Assembly: GCA_963796105.1 (NCBI GenBank)
Contig: CAWCKJ010000007.1
Coordinates: forward strand, 32,001 to 96,000
From: a candidate division FCPU426 bacterium
GTDB lineage: Bacteria; Oederibacteriota; Muellerivitia; Muellerivitales; Muellerivitaceae
DNA: 64,000 nt
Reading direction: 5' to 3'
Below the pieces are notes generated by a model. It worked only from the letters and a program-made list of their open reading frames with translations, was not told the origin of the DNA and searched no databases. Below are positions 18,734-28,040 of this stretch, piece after piece (within the stretch, counting starts at the first letter, position 1; each line of letters begins with the position of its first letter). The position numbers were made by a program, and so were the translations under genes.

Positions 18734-21086
18734 GAGCCAATACCTCCAGAAATTATTCATGACCGCCCTGATGGCCTCGGCGTTTTGCGGGACTTCTTGG
18801 TGTTTTTCTTCCGGCGATCCTTTCACGATCGTGCCAGCGGGGGACCCCACTTATTCGGAATTAAAACAACTGGCCCGGGCTGGATGGTTGTCGGAAAAAG
18901 ACGTTTCGTGGGCTTCCCTGACCCGGTATGACGTGGCCAAACTCATCCTGAAAGCGCAAAGGAATTCCAATGAAATAACCTTGGCCCAAGCGAACATCAC
19001 CACGCCCACCCCATCCAGTCAGGTGGGCACGCTCGAACCGTTACAGGAAACAGGAACCGCCCCGGTCACCGCTGCCGGGCCTGCAAAACAATCCGCCGCC
19101 GAAATGGCCGTGGTCCGGGCCCAGGCCGCCAAATCCCTCCACAGCCTCCAGGAAGCCTACCAATACGAACTCAAGTCTCTTAAAGAAAAGTTAAAAACCC
19201 TCCAGGCAGAAGCCACCGAATTGGAGGCCCAGCAATACAACCTCAGAAAGAAGTTGATGGGCTTCAACCAGAACCCTTCCATTTCAATACACGGCCTGGG
19301 ACTGGCTTACGGGTATTCCCAACAATTCATTGGGAATTATCCGGTTTATATCAATGGAAATCCCGGTACCCGGACAACCCTGGGATACTTGGACTTGGAA
19401 CCGATGGGAACCATCTCCAAGGAAGTCAGTTGGGACACGATCCTGAGGCTGCAATCCTCACTGATACCCAACGACACGCCTGTATTTAACCTGCGCCGGA
19501 TCTCCCTGGATTTCAACCCGCCCTGGCTCTCGGCTACTTTGGGCGATTTCGACGAGTCTTACACCCCCTTCACGATATGGAACAGAAACAGTCTTGACCT
19601 GGCCTATGCTCCGGAAATGTGGAGCCGCTGGGACAACCGGGTCAAATACGAGAACTTCTTCAACGACGAGCCTAACTGGCCGTTTCGGGGATTGAGGGTG
19701 GGTGAGTCGGTGATGTGGCCTGATTCCGGCGCCCTGGATTCCCTGAAGGCCTCGGCCTTTATCCACATGATCCGCAACGGGTACAATTACAACAGCGGCT
19801 CTTATTTCGGCTCCAACCAGTACACCGACTGGATTTTCGCGGGGACTGCGGGGTTGAAATCCAGGAAGTGGTACTTGGGCGGGACCTCCCTGCAGTTGGG
19901 CCTGGATTCCTACGGCATCATCCTGGATGAACCCCTTGATACGGAACAACCTGGTTCCCCCTACGACCCGGAGAATCCCGCGACTTGGGCGCACCAATAC
20001 TTGATCGGCAGCCTTAAACCCGACATCAAGGTCGGGTTAGGGGACGATTGTTATGTCGGGGGAACTGGCGAGTACTCCTATTCCAATTACCAGGACGACA
20101 AGCGGAACCCTGGCCGGGTGATCGGGGATTACGCGGTGATGGCTGGCCCTTACGTCAAGTTCGGTCATTCCACGCTTAGCGTGAATTACCTTAACGTCGG
20201 CCCCTACTATTATTCCCCCTTGGCACAGACCCGGCAGGACGGCGTCTCCTTAGTCAATGGACTCACGGCACCCTCCATGACCTCGCCCGACCTCTTCCAC
20301 CCCATGTTGAACTACCAGAATGTCTTGCCGGATGTGCCACGCCCCGGAGACATCTTCGGCTTTTACGACCGCACCCAGGATAATACCTTCCCCTACGGTA
20401 TGGCCACCCCCAACCGGGAAGGATTCGGCCTGGAAACCGACCTGAAATTGCTTTGGAAGGAAACCCTATGGATCAAGGGTTCCGCCTACCGGGTCAAGGA
20501 AATATTCAGCAATATGGTCATCAACAACGCACAAACGGGATATATTCCCGTGGACCTTCCTTTCAACACTGCCTTGATTCCCATCCGGAATTTCACTTAT
20601 GTCAACGCGGGCCCTTCATTTAATTTGGGGCCCTCTTTGGGCTGGGACCGGGACTTGGAAATTGGCTCAAATATTCGTTACGAGCAAACCACCAGCGACC
20701 TGGGGACCTTGACCAGTTCCTGGATCATCGGGGGGTTGCGGGTCGACCTTTTGCCGGTTTGGGAAATCGCCGCCGCCATCAGCCAGCAGAATTCGAAGGG
20801 AACCGACGCAGGCTATCAATACATGGATAATGACGGAGTGTTTCACCAAACACTTTGGGCCCATTATTCCTACGTGTATGACAACAAAGACCTTGGGCAT
20901 TACGCGCCTTTCACCGTCGACGGCAACATCATGAGCCTGAGGTTTTCCAGCATTATCAAGGTCAACCGCAATTCCAACATCTACTTGGATTACGATTGGA
21001 CAAAGGGGAACCTGATGCCTGGGAACCCCGCCCAAGGCACCGTCAATAATCAATTCATGGAGTTGAGTTATGAAATCCAATTTTAA
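18720..21086 (+). CDS. Outer-membrane protein C: SLH-like + coiled coil + predicted beta-barrel (OmpM-like)
   Basis: GGAGGT RBS before ATG 18720, overlapping the stop of the upstream gene. FTIVPAGDPTYSELKQLARAGWL...LTRYDVAKLILKA (SLH-like); coiled coil; ends YEIQF. Confidence 0.65.
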   Translation: MFLSKSQYLQKLFMTALMASAFCGTSWCFSSGDPFTIVPAGDPTYSELKQLARAGWLSEKDVSWASLTRYDVAKLILKAQRNSNEITLAQANITTPTPSSQVGTLEPLQETGTAPVTAAGPAKQSAAEMAVVRAQAAKSLHSLQEAYQYELKSLKEKLKTLQAEATELEAQQYNLRKKLMGFNQNPSISIHGLGLAYGYSQQFIGNYPVYINGNPGTRTTLGYLDLEPMGTISKEVSWDTILRLQSSLIPNDTPVFNLRRISLDFNPPWLSATLGDFDESYTPFTIWNRNSLDLAYAPEMWSRWDNRVKYENFFNDEPNWPFRGLRVGESVMWPDSGALDSLKASAFIHMIRNGYNYNSGSYFGSNQYTDWIFAGTAGLKSRKWYLGGTSLQLGLDSYGIILDEPLDTEQPGSPYDPENPATWAHQYLIGSLKPDIKVGLGDDCYVGGTGEYSYSNYQDDKRNPGRVIGDYAVMAGPYVKFGHSTLSVNYLNVGPYYYSPLAQTRQDGVSLVNGLTAPSMTSPDLFHPMLNYQNVLPDVPRPGDIFGFYDRTQDNTFPYGMATPNREGFGLETDLKLLWKETLWIKGSAYRVKEIFSNMVINNAQTGYIPVDLPFNTALIPIRNFTYVNAGPSFNLGPSLGWDRDLEIGSNIRYEQTTSDLGTLTSSWIIGGLRVDLLPVWEIAAAISQQNSKGTDAGYQYMDNDGVFHQTLWAHYSYVYDNKDLGHYAPFTVDGNIMSLRFSSIIKVNRNSNIYLDYDWTKGNLMPGNPAQGTVNNQFMELSYEIQF

Positions 21087-21150
21087 TAATGTTCCGGTGA
21101 GAGAGGATCTCCAGCCTCGGCCGATGCAGGAGAAGAAAGAAAGGCCTGTC

Positions 21151-21870
21151 ATGAAAAACTCGCTATTCACGGCTATCGGCTTGGTCCTTTTGGGGCTATT
21201 GACCTTGCTTGAACCGGGTTGCACAACCAAATTCCCTTCCATCACCACCATGTCACCATTGTCTTCCTCTAATTGTTACCCTTATATTTTGCAAACTTTT
21301 AATAGTTCTTCGGATTTAAGTAATATTAGTAATGGCGGGCAAACATTCGGAACAGGACCCGTCACTGGCGTTAATTCAGGAGTCACAGTCGTTTATTCCC
21401 TTTCGCCCCTATATGCCACTCAGGGAAATATGTCCTTGGATGTCGATATCCTATCGGCCCCGATGACGAACGGCACGGTCGAAAATTGGGACGACAAAAT
21501 ATTCTTTTATAACACTAAAAACATACCGGGAATGAGCTGGAACGATTATTCCATGTTAATCGCGGATGTCTACATCGATGCCTCGGTAATCCAAGGGGCG
21601 GGATACCAACAACTCCAACTTTGGGCCGACTCATCAGCAACCAATAATTACTACCAACCCATCTGCCTCCCAAAGAACCAGCCCAACATCACCGCAGGGC
21701 AACAAGCCCTCACCTGGGTCATCGATTTTACAGCAGGTAAAATTACTCCTGGTTCACAACTCAGTGACATATATTTCATTCTCAACGCAAATACGACTAA
21801 TGGTACGGGAAATATCTACATTGACGATATGCGGTTGGCTTATAAGGTCTGTCCGACTCCCACACAATAA
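21151..21870 (+). CDS. Putative lipoprotein with CBM-like (galactose-binding fold) domain
   Basis: MKNSLF leader with LEPGC lipobox; WNDYSMLIADVYID...GNIYIDDMRL pattern. Confidence 0.6.
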   Translation: MKNSLFTAIGLVLLGLLTLLEPGCTTKFPSITTMSPLSSSNCYPYILQTFNSSSDLSNISNGGQTFGTGPVTGVNSGVTVVYSLSPLYATQGNMSLDVDILSAPMTNGTVENWDDKIFFYNTKNIPGMSWNDYSMLIADVYIDASVIQGAGYQQLQLWADSSATNNYYQPICLPKNQPNITAGQQALTWVIDFTAGKITPGSQLSDIYFILNANTTNGTGNIYIDDMRLAYKVCPTPTQ

Positions 21871-22008
21871 TTTCCCGGAAAACACTTCGCCATAGTTTCA
21901 TCCCAGGAAGTTCGTATTCTTCCTGTTAAAATATTTACACACGAATAACAGCGGGCCTTTCATTGAAGAAATAAATTCTCCACTTCCTGGAATTGACATG
22001 GAGGAATT

Positions 22009-24789
22009 TTGAAAAATCACGCGTTTACCCGGTTTTTGCTGGTTTCCGTTATCCTTTTGCCGCTGAAAGTAATTGGCCACGAAGGGGTTGGGCGTGAACG
22101 CATCCTTATGGATGCGGAGTGGCGATTCCGTTTGGGAACCATCAGCGGATCGGAGATTAATAACGGCATTGTGATCACTAACTGGCGTTATCAGGGGCCC
22201 TGGAAAACAAAACCCGCCGATATTGAGAAATCCCTGGGCGCTACGGGAGTGAAAACCTCCGGATCAGATTGGAAGGATGCCGTCAACGGAAAGGACCTTT
22301 TCGACAACAAACCTGGATTCGCCTTGTGCCGGGCGGTTATGCCCGATTTCCCGGGCCCCCACCGGGTGCTTCATTTCGCGGGAGTGGACGACAACTGTAC
22401 CGTTTACGTTAACGGAAAAAAAATGATTTACCACGAGGGGTGGAACGACTCCTTCGACATTGACCTGGACCCGGTCTGGAAGGAAGGCGGCTCCAATGAG
22501 GCGGCGGTCCTGGTCGAAAACATCTGGGGAGGAGGAAACATTAAAGAAGCCGATCTGTTATCCCCCGACAGGGTTGAAAAAATTCCGGATGCGGCCATGC
22601 CGGGTTACTACACTAAGGGATGGAAAAAAATCCATATCCCCCACGATTTCGTGGTGGAAGGCACCTTCGATTTCAATGCCGACGGCAGCCACGGGTTCCT
22701 TCCCAAGAACGCGGCTTGGTATCAAAAGACCTTCGACCTTCCGATTTCGGATAAGGGGAAGGCCTTGTGGATTGACTTCGACGGCATTTACCGGGACAGC
22801 CGTGTTTGGCTGAACGGCAAGTTGTTGGGCCGCCATTTGAGCGGTTACACGGGTTTCCGCTACGACATCACGCAAGCCGCCAACTACGGAGGAAAGAACG
22901 TTTTAACCGTGTACGTGGATGCGCGCGATTCCGAGGGCTGGTGGTATGAGGGAGGCGGCATCTACCGCCACGTTTGGATTAACAAGGCCTACCCCTTGCA
23001 TGTGGAACCTTGGGGCGTATGCGTGGTTTCCGCTACCAACCGGGAATCCAACCCTACCCAAGCCGCCGTCCGGATCGAAACTTCCATGATCAATGCGGCT
23101 GGAGTGAAAAAGGCTTTCCGCCTTGTTTCCCAGGTAAAGGATGCCCATGGCAAGATCGTCGGCAAGCTATCGGGGACCAAGATTTTGGGGGCCGGTTCTA
23201 AAACCGTTCTTTCCCAAAAGATCTCCTTGGCCCGGCCCCACCTTTGGTCGTTGGAAGACCCATATCTTTATACCCTCGAGACAAATGTCATGGTGGGGTC
23301 CAATGTGGTGGACAGCGTTACGACCCCCTTTGGCATTCGTACCATCCGCTTTGACATAGGGAGGGGGTTTTTCCTGAACGGCCGGCCCGTCAAGATTAAG
23401 GGAACCTGCAATCACCAGGATTTCGCGGGGATCGGAATCGCCATTTCTGACCGTATTTTTGCTTACCGGTTGGACCGCCTGAAAGATATGGGCTCCAACG
23501 CCTACCGATGCTCGCACAATCCCCCGGCGGCCGAATTGCTCGACGAGTGCGACCGGAAGGGCGTGTTGGTGATGGATGAGAACCGCAAGCTGGGCGACAC
23601 GCCGGAAATTCTCGACCAAGTGCGCAGCATGGTCCTGAGGGACCGGAACCACCCCAGCGTCATCCTTTGGTCCCTGTGCAACGAGGAAGCCCTGCAGGGC
23701 TCGCCCACAGGGCAAGCTAGGGGAGAAGCCATGAAAAAAATGATCCTAGGTCTGGATAAGACCCGTCTCATTACCTGTGCCATGAACGGGGGATTCGGCT
23801 CCGGGCTCTCCAACGTGGTGGACCTCCAAGGCTTCAACTACCATCCTAAGGAATACGAACCCTATCACCAAAACCACCCCAAAATACCGATTTTCGGCAG
23901 CGAGACTGGCAGTACGGTTTCCACAAGGGGTATCTACGCGGACGCCAAGGATAAGGGCTACGTGAGCGCCTACGACGTCAATCCCCCCGGGTGGGCCAAC
24001 ACGGCGGAAGAGACGTGGCAAGCCATCGACCGTCCCTACATGGCGGGCTGCTTTGTCTGGACGGGTTTCGACTATAGGGGCGAACCCACGCCTTACTGGT
24101 GGCCTTGCATCAATTCCCATTTTGGGTTGATGGATATATGCGGTTTCCCCAAGGATAACTTTTATTACTACCAATCCGTTTGGACCGGCAAACCCATGGT
24201 GCATCTCCTTCCGCATTGGACTTGGAAGGGAAAAGAAGGCCGCGAAATCGCGGTTTGGGCCTACAGCAACTGCGATCAGGTGGAACTGTTCCTGAATGGC
24301 AAAAGCCTGGGTGTAAAGGACAACCCAAAAGACGGGCATATGGAGTGGAAAGTGAAGTACGAACCCGGCACACTTTCCGCCAAGGGCAGCAAGGATGGAA
24401 TGGTGGCGGCGGAAGACAAAGTGGAAACCGCCGGTGCGCCCGCCAAAATCCGTTTGACGCCGTACCAAACGGGGCTTTTGGCGGATGGCGAAGATGAAAT
24501 GCCCGTCAAGGTGGAAATACTCGACTCGGAGAACCGTATCGTGCCCACGGCGGGAAACGAGGTGACTTTCCGGGTGACTGGACCTGGGCTGGTGGCGGGT
24601 GTGGCCAACGGCGACCCCTCCAGCCATGAGCGGGACAAGGTGGGGGAAGGGCCCGCGCATCGCAAGGCGTTCAACGGACTTTGCATGGCCGTAGTCGGAT
24701 CCACCAACGAGGCTGGCCCTGTCACCCTTACCGCCACTTCGGCCGGATTGGAGCCGGCTACGGTGGTTTTAATTTCCACGGTTCCTTGA
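22009..24789 (+). CDS. Secreted GH2 beta-galactosidase
   Basis: TTG start after GGAGG. Motifs WWYEGGGIYRHVW, FGIRTIRFD, KGTCNHQD, YRCSHNPP, RDRNHPSVILWSLCNEE, FGSETG and WTGFDYRGEP. Confidence 0.93.
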   Translation: MKNHAFTRFLLVSVILLPLKVIGHEGVGRERILMDAEWRFRLGTISGSEINNGIVITNWRYQGPWKTKPADIEKSLGATGVKTSGSDWKDAVNGKDLFDNKPGFALCRAVMPDFPGPHRVLHFAGVDDNCTVYVNGKKMIYHEGWNDSFDIDLDPVWKEGGSNEAAVLVENIWGGGNIKEADLLSPDRVEKIPDAAMPGYYTKGWKKIHIPHDFVVEGTFDFNADGSHGFLPKNAAWYQKTFDLPISDKGKALWIDFDGIYRDSRVWLNGKLLGRHLSGYTGFRYDITQAANYGGKNVLTVYVDARDSEGWWYEGGGIYRHVWINKAYPLHVEPWGVCVVSATNRESNPTQAAVRIETSMINAAGVKKAFRLVSQVKDAHGKIVGKLSGTKILGAGSKTVLSQKISLARPHLWSLEDPYLYTLETNVMVGSNVVDSVTTPFGIRTIRFDIGRGFFLNGRPVKIKGTCNHQDFAGIGIAISDRIFAYRLDRLKDMGSNAYRCSHNPPAAELLDECDRKGVLVMDENRKLGDTPEILDQVRSMVLRDRNHPSVILWSLCNEEALQGSPTGQARGEAMKKMILGLDKTRLITCAMNGGFGSGLSNVVDLQGFNYHPKEYEPYHQNHPKIPIFGSETGSTVSTRGIYADAKDKGYVSAYDVNPPGWANTAEETWQAIDRPYMAGCFVWTGFDYRGEPTPYWWPCINSHFGLMDICGFPKDNFYYYQSVWTGKPMVHLLPHWTWKGKEGREIAVWAYSNCDQVELFLNGKSLGVKDNPKDGHMEWKVKYEPGTLSAKGSKDGMVAAEDKVETAGAPAKIRLTPYQTGLLADGEDEMPVKVEILDSENRIVPTAGNEVTFRVTGPGLVAGVANGDPSSHERDKVGEGPAHRKAFNGLCMAVVGSTNEAGPVTLTATSAGLEPATVVLISTVP

Positions 24790-25350
24790 AAAACACGATC
24801 GTTCAAGACAATTTCCCCGCAAGTCGCGAAAGTAGCTTGTGGTGAAAAATTGAAACGGCATTCACTACCGCGTTAGGTGAAAATATTCATTAAGAAATAA
24901 TACAACCCCTCGCAAGCCCTTAGGCCCACCCAGCGTTGTACTCTTTTTTGTGTTTGATCTTAACCACAAACCAAAAATCATGAGATTTTCTGATATTTTT
25001 TGTGAATTTAAAATCATTGGGAATTTGAAGATAAGTGCAACCCCCATTGGTTACATTCCACTGCTTAATACTTATATTTGCCCTAAAGAGATTGCCACAT
25101 AATCCCCCTTTAAACTTTTTTTGCTTCAAAAGCCAAGTAAAACGAGGGGAAGACAGTAGGCTAAATATCTTATGGGCGTTAAATCCACCATTAGATTTCG
25201 TATTTAACTTGGGGAACACACTAGAGAACAACTCAAGTGTGTTAGTGATTTTTCCAAATATCATTTTGAGGGACACACTAGATTTTTTTACGATTTGGAT
25301 TGACCAACCTGTTTCTTATGAAAGTCTTTCGCACTCGGTTTTTACCGGTC

Positions 25351-25380
25351 TTGACTGCCTTTGACTGCCACTGACTGCCA
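25351..25380. repeat. Three tandem 10-bp direct repeats (TGACTGCC core); candidate integrase arm-type sites
   Basis: ttgactgcct ttgactgcca ctgactgcca, ~110 bp beyond the tRNA 3' end. Confidence 0.6.
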
Positions 25381-25489
25381 GAAGCAAGAAAGGCCTCCGG
25401 CGAAAAATTTTTTCGACCGGAAGCCTCTCAATTGCGCTAGGAACAATGAAATTAAGGTCCCACAAGGATTTTCGAAAAAGTTTGAGCCG

Positions 25490-25575
25490 TGGTGTGGAAG
25501 GTGTGAGTGGAGCCCTCACAAAGGCCCACTAGATGAACCTGAATCTAGTGCGTCTGCCAATTTCGCCACTTCCGC
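25490..25575 (-). tRNA. tRNA-Leu(CAG) with degenerate 3' half (probable pseudo-tRNA or att junction)
   Basis: Minus strand: GCGGAAGTGGCGAAATTGGCAGACGCACTAGATTCAGGTTCATCTAGTGGGCCTTTGTGAGGGCTCCACTCACACCTTCCACACCA. The D-arm, anticodon stem and CCA end are canonical. The anticodon loop is 10 nt, the T-loop is broken and the acceptor stem has a mismatch. Confidence 0.75.
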
Positions 25576-25841
25576 GTTGGGAAAAAAGCCTCTGAAAGCG
25601 CTAATGTTACAATAATTTCCGGACATCGTCCAAAAATACTTTTTAGAGATATTCATGAGCCTGAATCCTTTGTTTCCATAAGCCCTTGTCTTATGGAAGA
25701 TCGTAGCTTAAATTAAGTACCAAACCCAATTAGCAACGGGGTGTTGGTCCGGGGCCACTCCCCCGACCCGAGGTCAGCCGGTTTCCCTTCCTCACTCGAA
25801 CAGATTTCAAACGTCCATTCGATAAAAGGCAAAATGATCGG

Positions 25842-25925
25842 GCCATCAAGGGACGACTCTTCGAGCCGCCACTTGGCCGGGACATGCCCCCCGGCCAAGT
25901 ACACGGCTAGGCCCCGGCCGGGTCC
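25842..25925 (-). repeat. Structured dispersed repeat or possible ncRNA, copy 1
   Basis: Near-identical to 54739..54828. Two hairpins; on the minus strand the differences between copies preserve pairing. Confidence 0.7.
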
Positions 25926-26012
25926 AAGGCAGCCGGTGAATCGAAGAAAGCCCTAAAATGGGCCTCCAGCGGTTAAAATCATCCATGGATAAACAATTCA
26001 AAGGATTAAAAA

Positions 26013-28040
26013 TTGTCAAGAAAGCATAGAAACAAGGGTTTTCACCCCAAGCAAAAAAGCCACCACAAGAAAGGGGAACATCCCTCCGTCAAGCAGCACG
26101 CCCACAAGCCCAAGACCATCGCGGGCCAGTTCGAAAAAATCGGGTTAGTCCAAGGAAACGAGAAGGGTTTCGGGTTTTTCATCCCCGAGGACGGCTCGAC
26201 AGACGCTTTTCTTCCCCCCAGGGAAATGAAAGGAATCCTGAGCGGGGATACCATCCGCGCCAGGATCTCCAAGGATTCCCGAAAGGAGGACCGGTTTTCC
26301 GCCGTGGTCGTTTCAGTCGTGAAGAGGGCCCACCCGACAATCGTCGGGGTCTTGAGCAAGACGAAAACGGGTTATCTACTGAAACCCGATGACCAAAAGG
26401 TGGTCCACTGGGTCCACTTGGAACGGGTCCCCCCCGAGGCCAAGGAAGGCCAGAAGGCGGTGGCGCGGATCACCCAATGGCCGAGCGAGGGCCGGCGCAT
26501 GGAAGGGGTCGTGGAGGAAATCCTCGGTTTCGCGGGCGATCCAGGGGTTGATATCCTGGCCATCGTCAAGAAATACAAATGGAACGAGAAATTCCCGCAT
26601 ATAGTCGAGAACCAATGCAAGAACTTTCCAGAAAACCCCACCGAGGAGGATTGGAAAGGGCGGCTGGACCTCCGCGATACTCAGATCCTCACGATCGACG
26701 GCCCTGACGCCAAGGATTTCGACGACGCCATTTCCCTCAGCCGGGAGTCCTCCGTACGCTACCGGCTGGGCATCCATATCGCCGATGTTTCCCATTACGT
26801 GCAAGAGGGCACCCCCCTGGACGCGGAGGCCCAGGAAAGGGCCACCAGTGTCTATTTGCCGGACCGAGTGCTTCCGATGCTTCCCCATTCCCTTTCCGAC
26901 GGTCTTTGTTCCCTTCGGGAAGGCGTTCCCCGCCTGGCCCTCTCCGCTTTCCTGGATTACAACCTCGAGGGTAAATTGCTCGGCACCGAGTTTGCGTCCA
27001 CCCTCATCCAAAGCGCCCGGCGCGGCACCTATGAGGAAATCCAGCAGGTTTTGGACGGTACCGCGGCGCCCGCGGTCCGGAGTAAATACGATAAATTACG
27101 CCCCATGCTGGAGGATATGCTCCGCCTTTCCCGCTTGATCCGAGCGGGACGGCGCGACCAGGGCTCGATGGATTTCGACCTGCCGGAAGTCCGGGCGATC
27201 ATGGGTCCCGACGGGCTGGTCCAAGACGTCCGCAAGTTGGAGCACTTGGAAACCCACAGGCTTATCGAGGATTTCATGGTCGCGGCCAACGAGGCTGTCG
27301 CAACTTATCTCACCCAAAAAGGAATCCCGGCCCTCTACCGCATCCATGAGCCTCCCCAGCCCTCTGATTTCGAGGATTTGACGGCTTTTTTGAAGGCCTA
27401 CCGTGTTCCCTTCAAGCCATCCGAGTTGGGGACTCCCTTGGGCTTAAGCGCCCTCCTGGAGTCCGTGAAGGGCAAGCCCCTCGCCCCCTTGATCACCATG
27501 CTGGCCCTGAGGTCCATGAAGTTGGCGGTTTATTCCACAAGGAACCTCGGCCATTTCGGATTGGCCCTGAGGTCCTACTGCCATTTCACTTCCCCCATCC
27601 GCCGATATCCAGACCTGGTGGTCCACCGCGCCATGAAAAAATCCTTCCAGGCCCGGGACGCTGCCTCCAAAACCTCCACCTACGACCGCTTGGCTGCCCA
27701 TTGCAGTGAGCGGGAAAGGGCGGCTGAAAAGGCCGAAAGAGAGGGCCAGAAAGTCATGCAGTTGAGATTCATGCAGGACAAGGTCGGCAAGGAATACTCC
27801 GGCCCTGTCCGGCATATGACCGCTTACGGCGTTTACGTCGAGCTGGAGCCTTACGGCCTTGAGGGCTTCATTCCCCTGGAAAACATCGCGGAAGAGGGAC
27901 TCCGCTATGATCCCGAATCCCTGACCCTCAAGGGAAATCGAGGAACGGTAGTGAGATTTGGTGATATATTGAAAGTCAAAGTCCTGGCGGTGGATATGCT
28001 GTTCCAGCGGCTGATTTTGGCGAGGAACCATGGCGGATAG
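26013..28040 (+). CDS. rnr: Ribonuclease R
   Basis: CSD domain (KGFGFFIP), RNB domain ([25 protein letters not shown]), C-terminal S1 domain; directly upstream of smpB. Confidence 0.93.
   Translation: MSRKHRNKGFHPKQKSHHKKGEHPSVKQHAHKPKTIAGQFEKIGLVQGNEKGFGFFIPEDGSTDAFLPPREMKGILSGDTIRARISKDSRKEDRFSAVVVSVVKRAHPTIVGVLSKTKTGYLLKPDDQKVVHWVHLERVPPEAKEGQKAVARITQWPSEGRRMEGVVEEILGFAGDPGVDILAIVKKYKWNEKFPHIVENQCKNFPENPTEEDWKGRLDLRDTQILTIDGPDAKDFDDAISLSRESSVRYRLGIHIADVSHYVQEGTPLDAEAQERATSVYLPDRVLPMLPHSLSDGLCSLREGVPRLALSAFLDYNLEGKLLGTEFASTLIQSARRGTYEEIQQVLDGTAAPAVRSKYDKLRPMLEDMLRLSRLIRAGRRDQGSMDFDLPEVRAIMGPDGLVQDVRKLEHLETHRLIEDFMVAANEAVATYLTQKGIPALYRIHEPPQPSDFEDLTAFLKAYRVPFKPSELGTPLGLSALLESVKGKPLAPLITMLALRSMKLAVYSTRNLGHFGLALRSYCHFTSPIRRYPDLVVHRAMKKSFQARDAASKTSTYDRLAAHCSERERAAEKAEREGQKVMQLRFMQDKVGKEYSGPVRHMTAYGVYVELEPYGLEGFIPLENIAEEGLRYDPESLTLKGNRGTVVRFGDILKVKVLAVDMLFQRLILARNHGG

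Noticed and set aside
24899..24942. TACAAC...GTTGTA inverted pair resembling an integron attC
   Set aside because: It is only ~40 bp, has no convincing L boxes, and no integrase or cassette array is present.
24920..25364. AT-rich ORFs 24920..25276 (-) and 25035..25364 (+)
   Set aside because: No RBS or family motif; treated as remnant DNA.
25733..25800. GC-rich potentially structured stretch upstream of tRNA-Leu
   Set aside because: Single copy; no match by eye to tmRNA, SRP, 6S or cyclic-dinucleotide riboswitch consensus. Needs cmscan.
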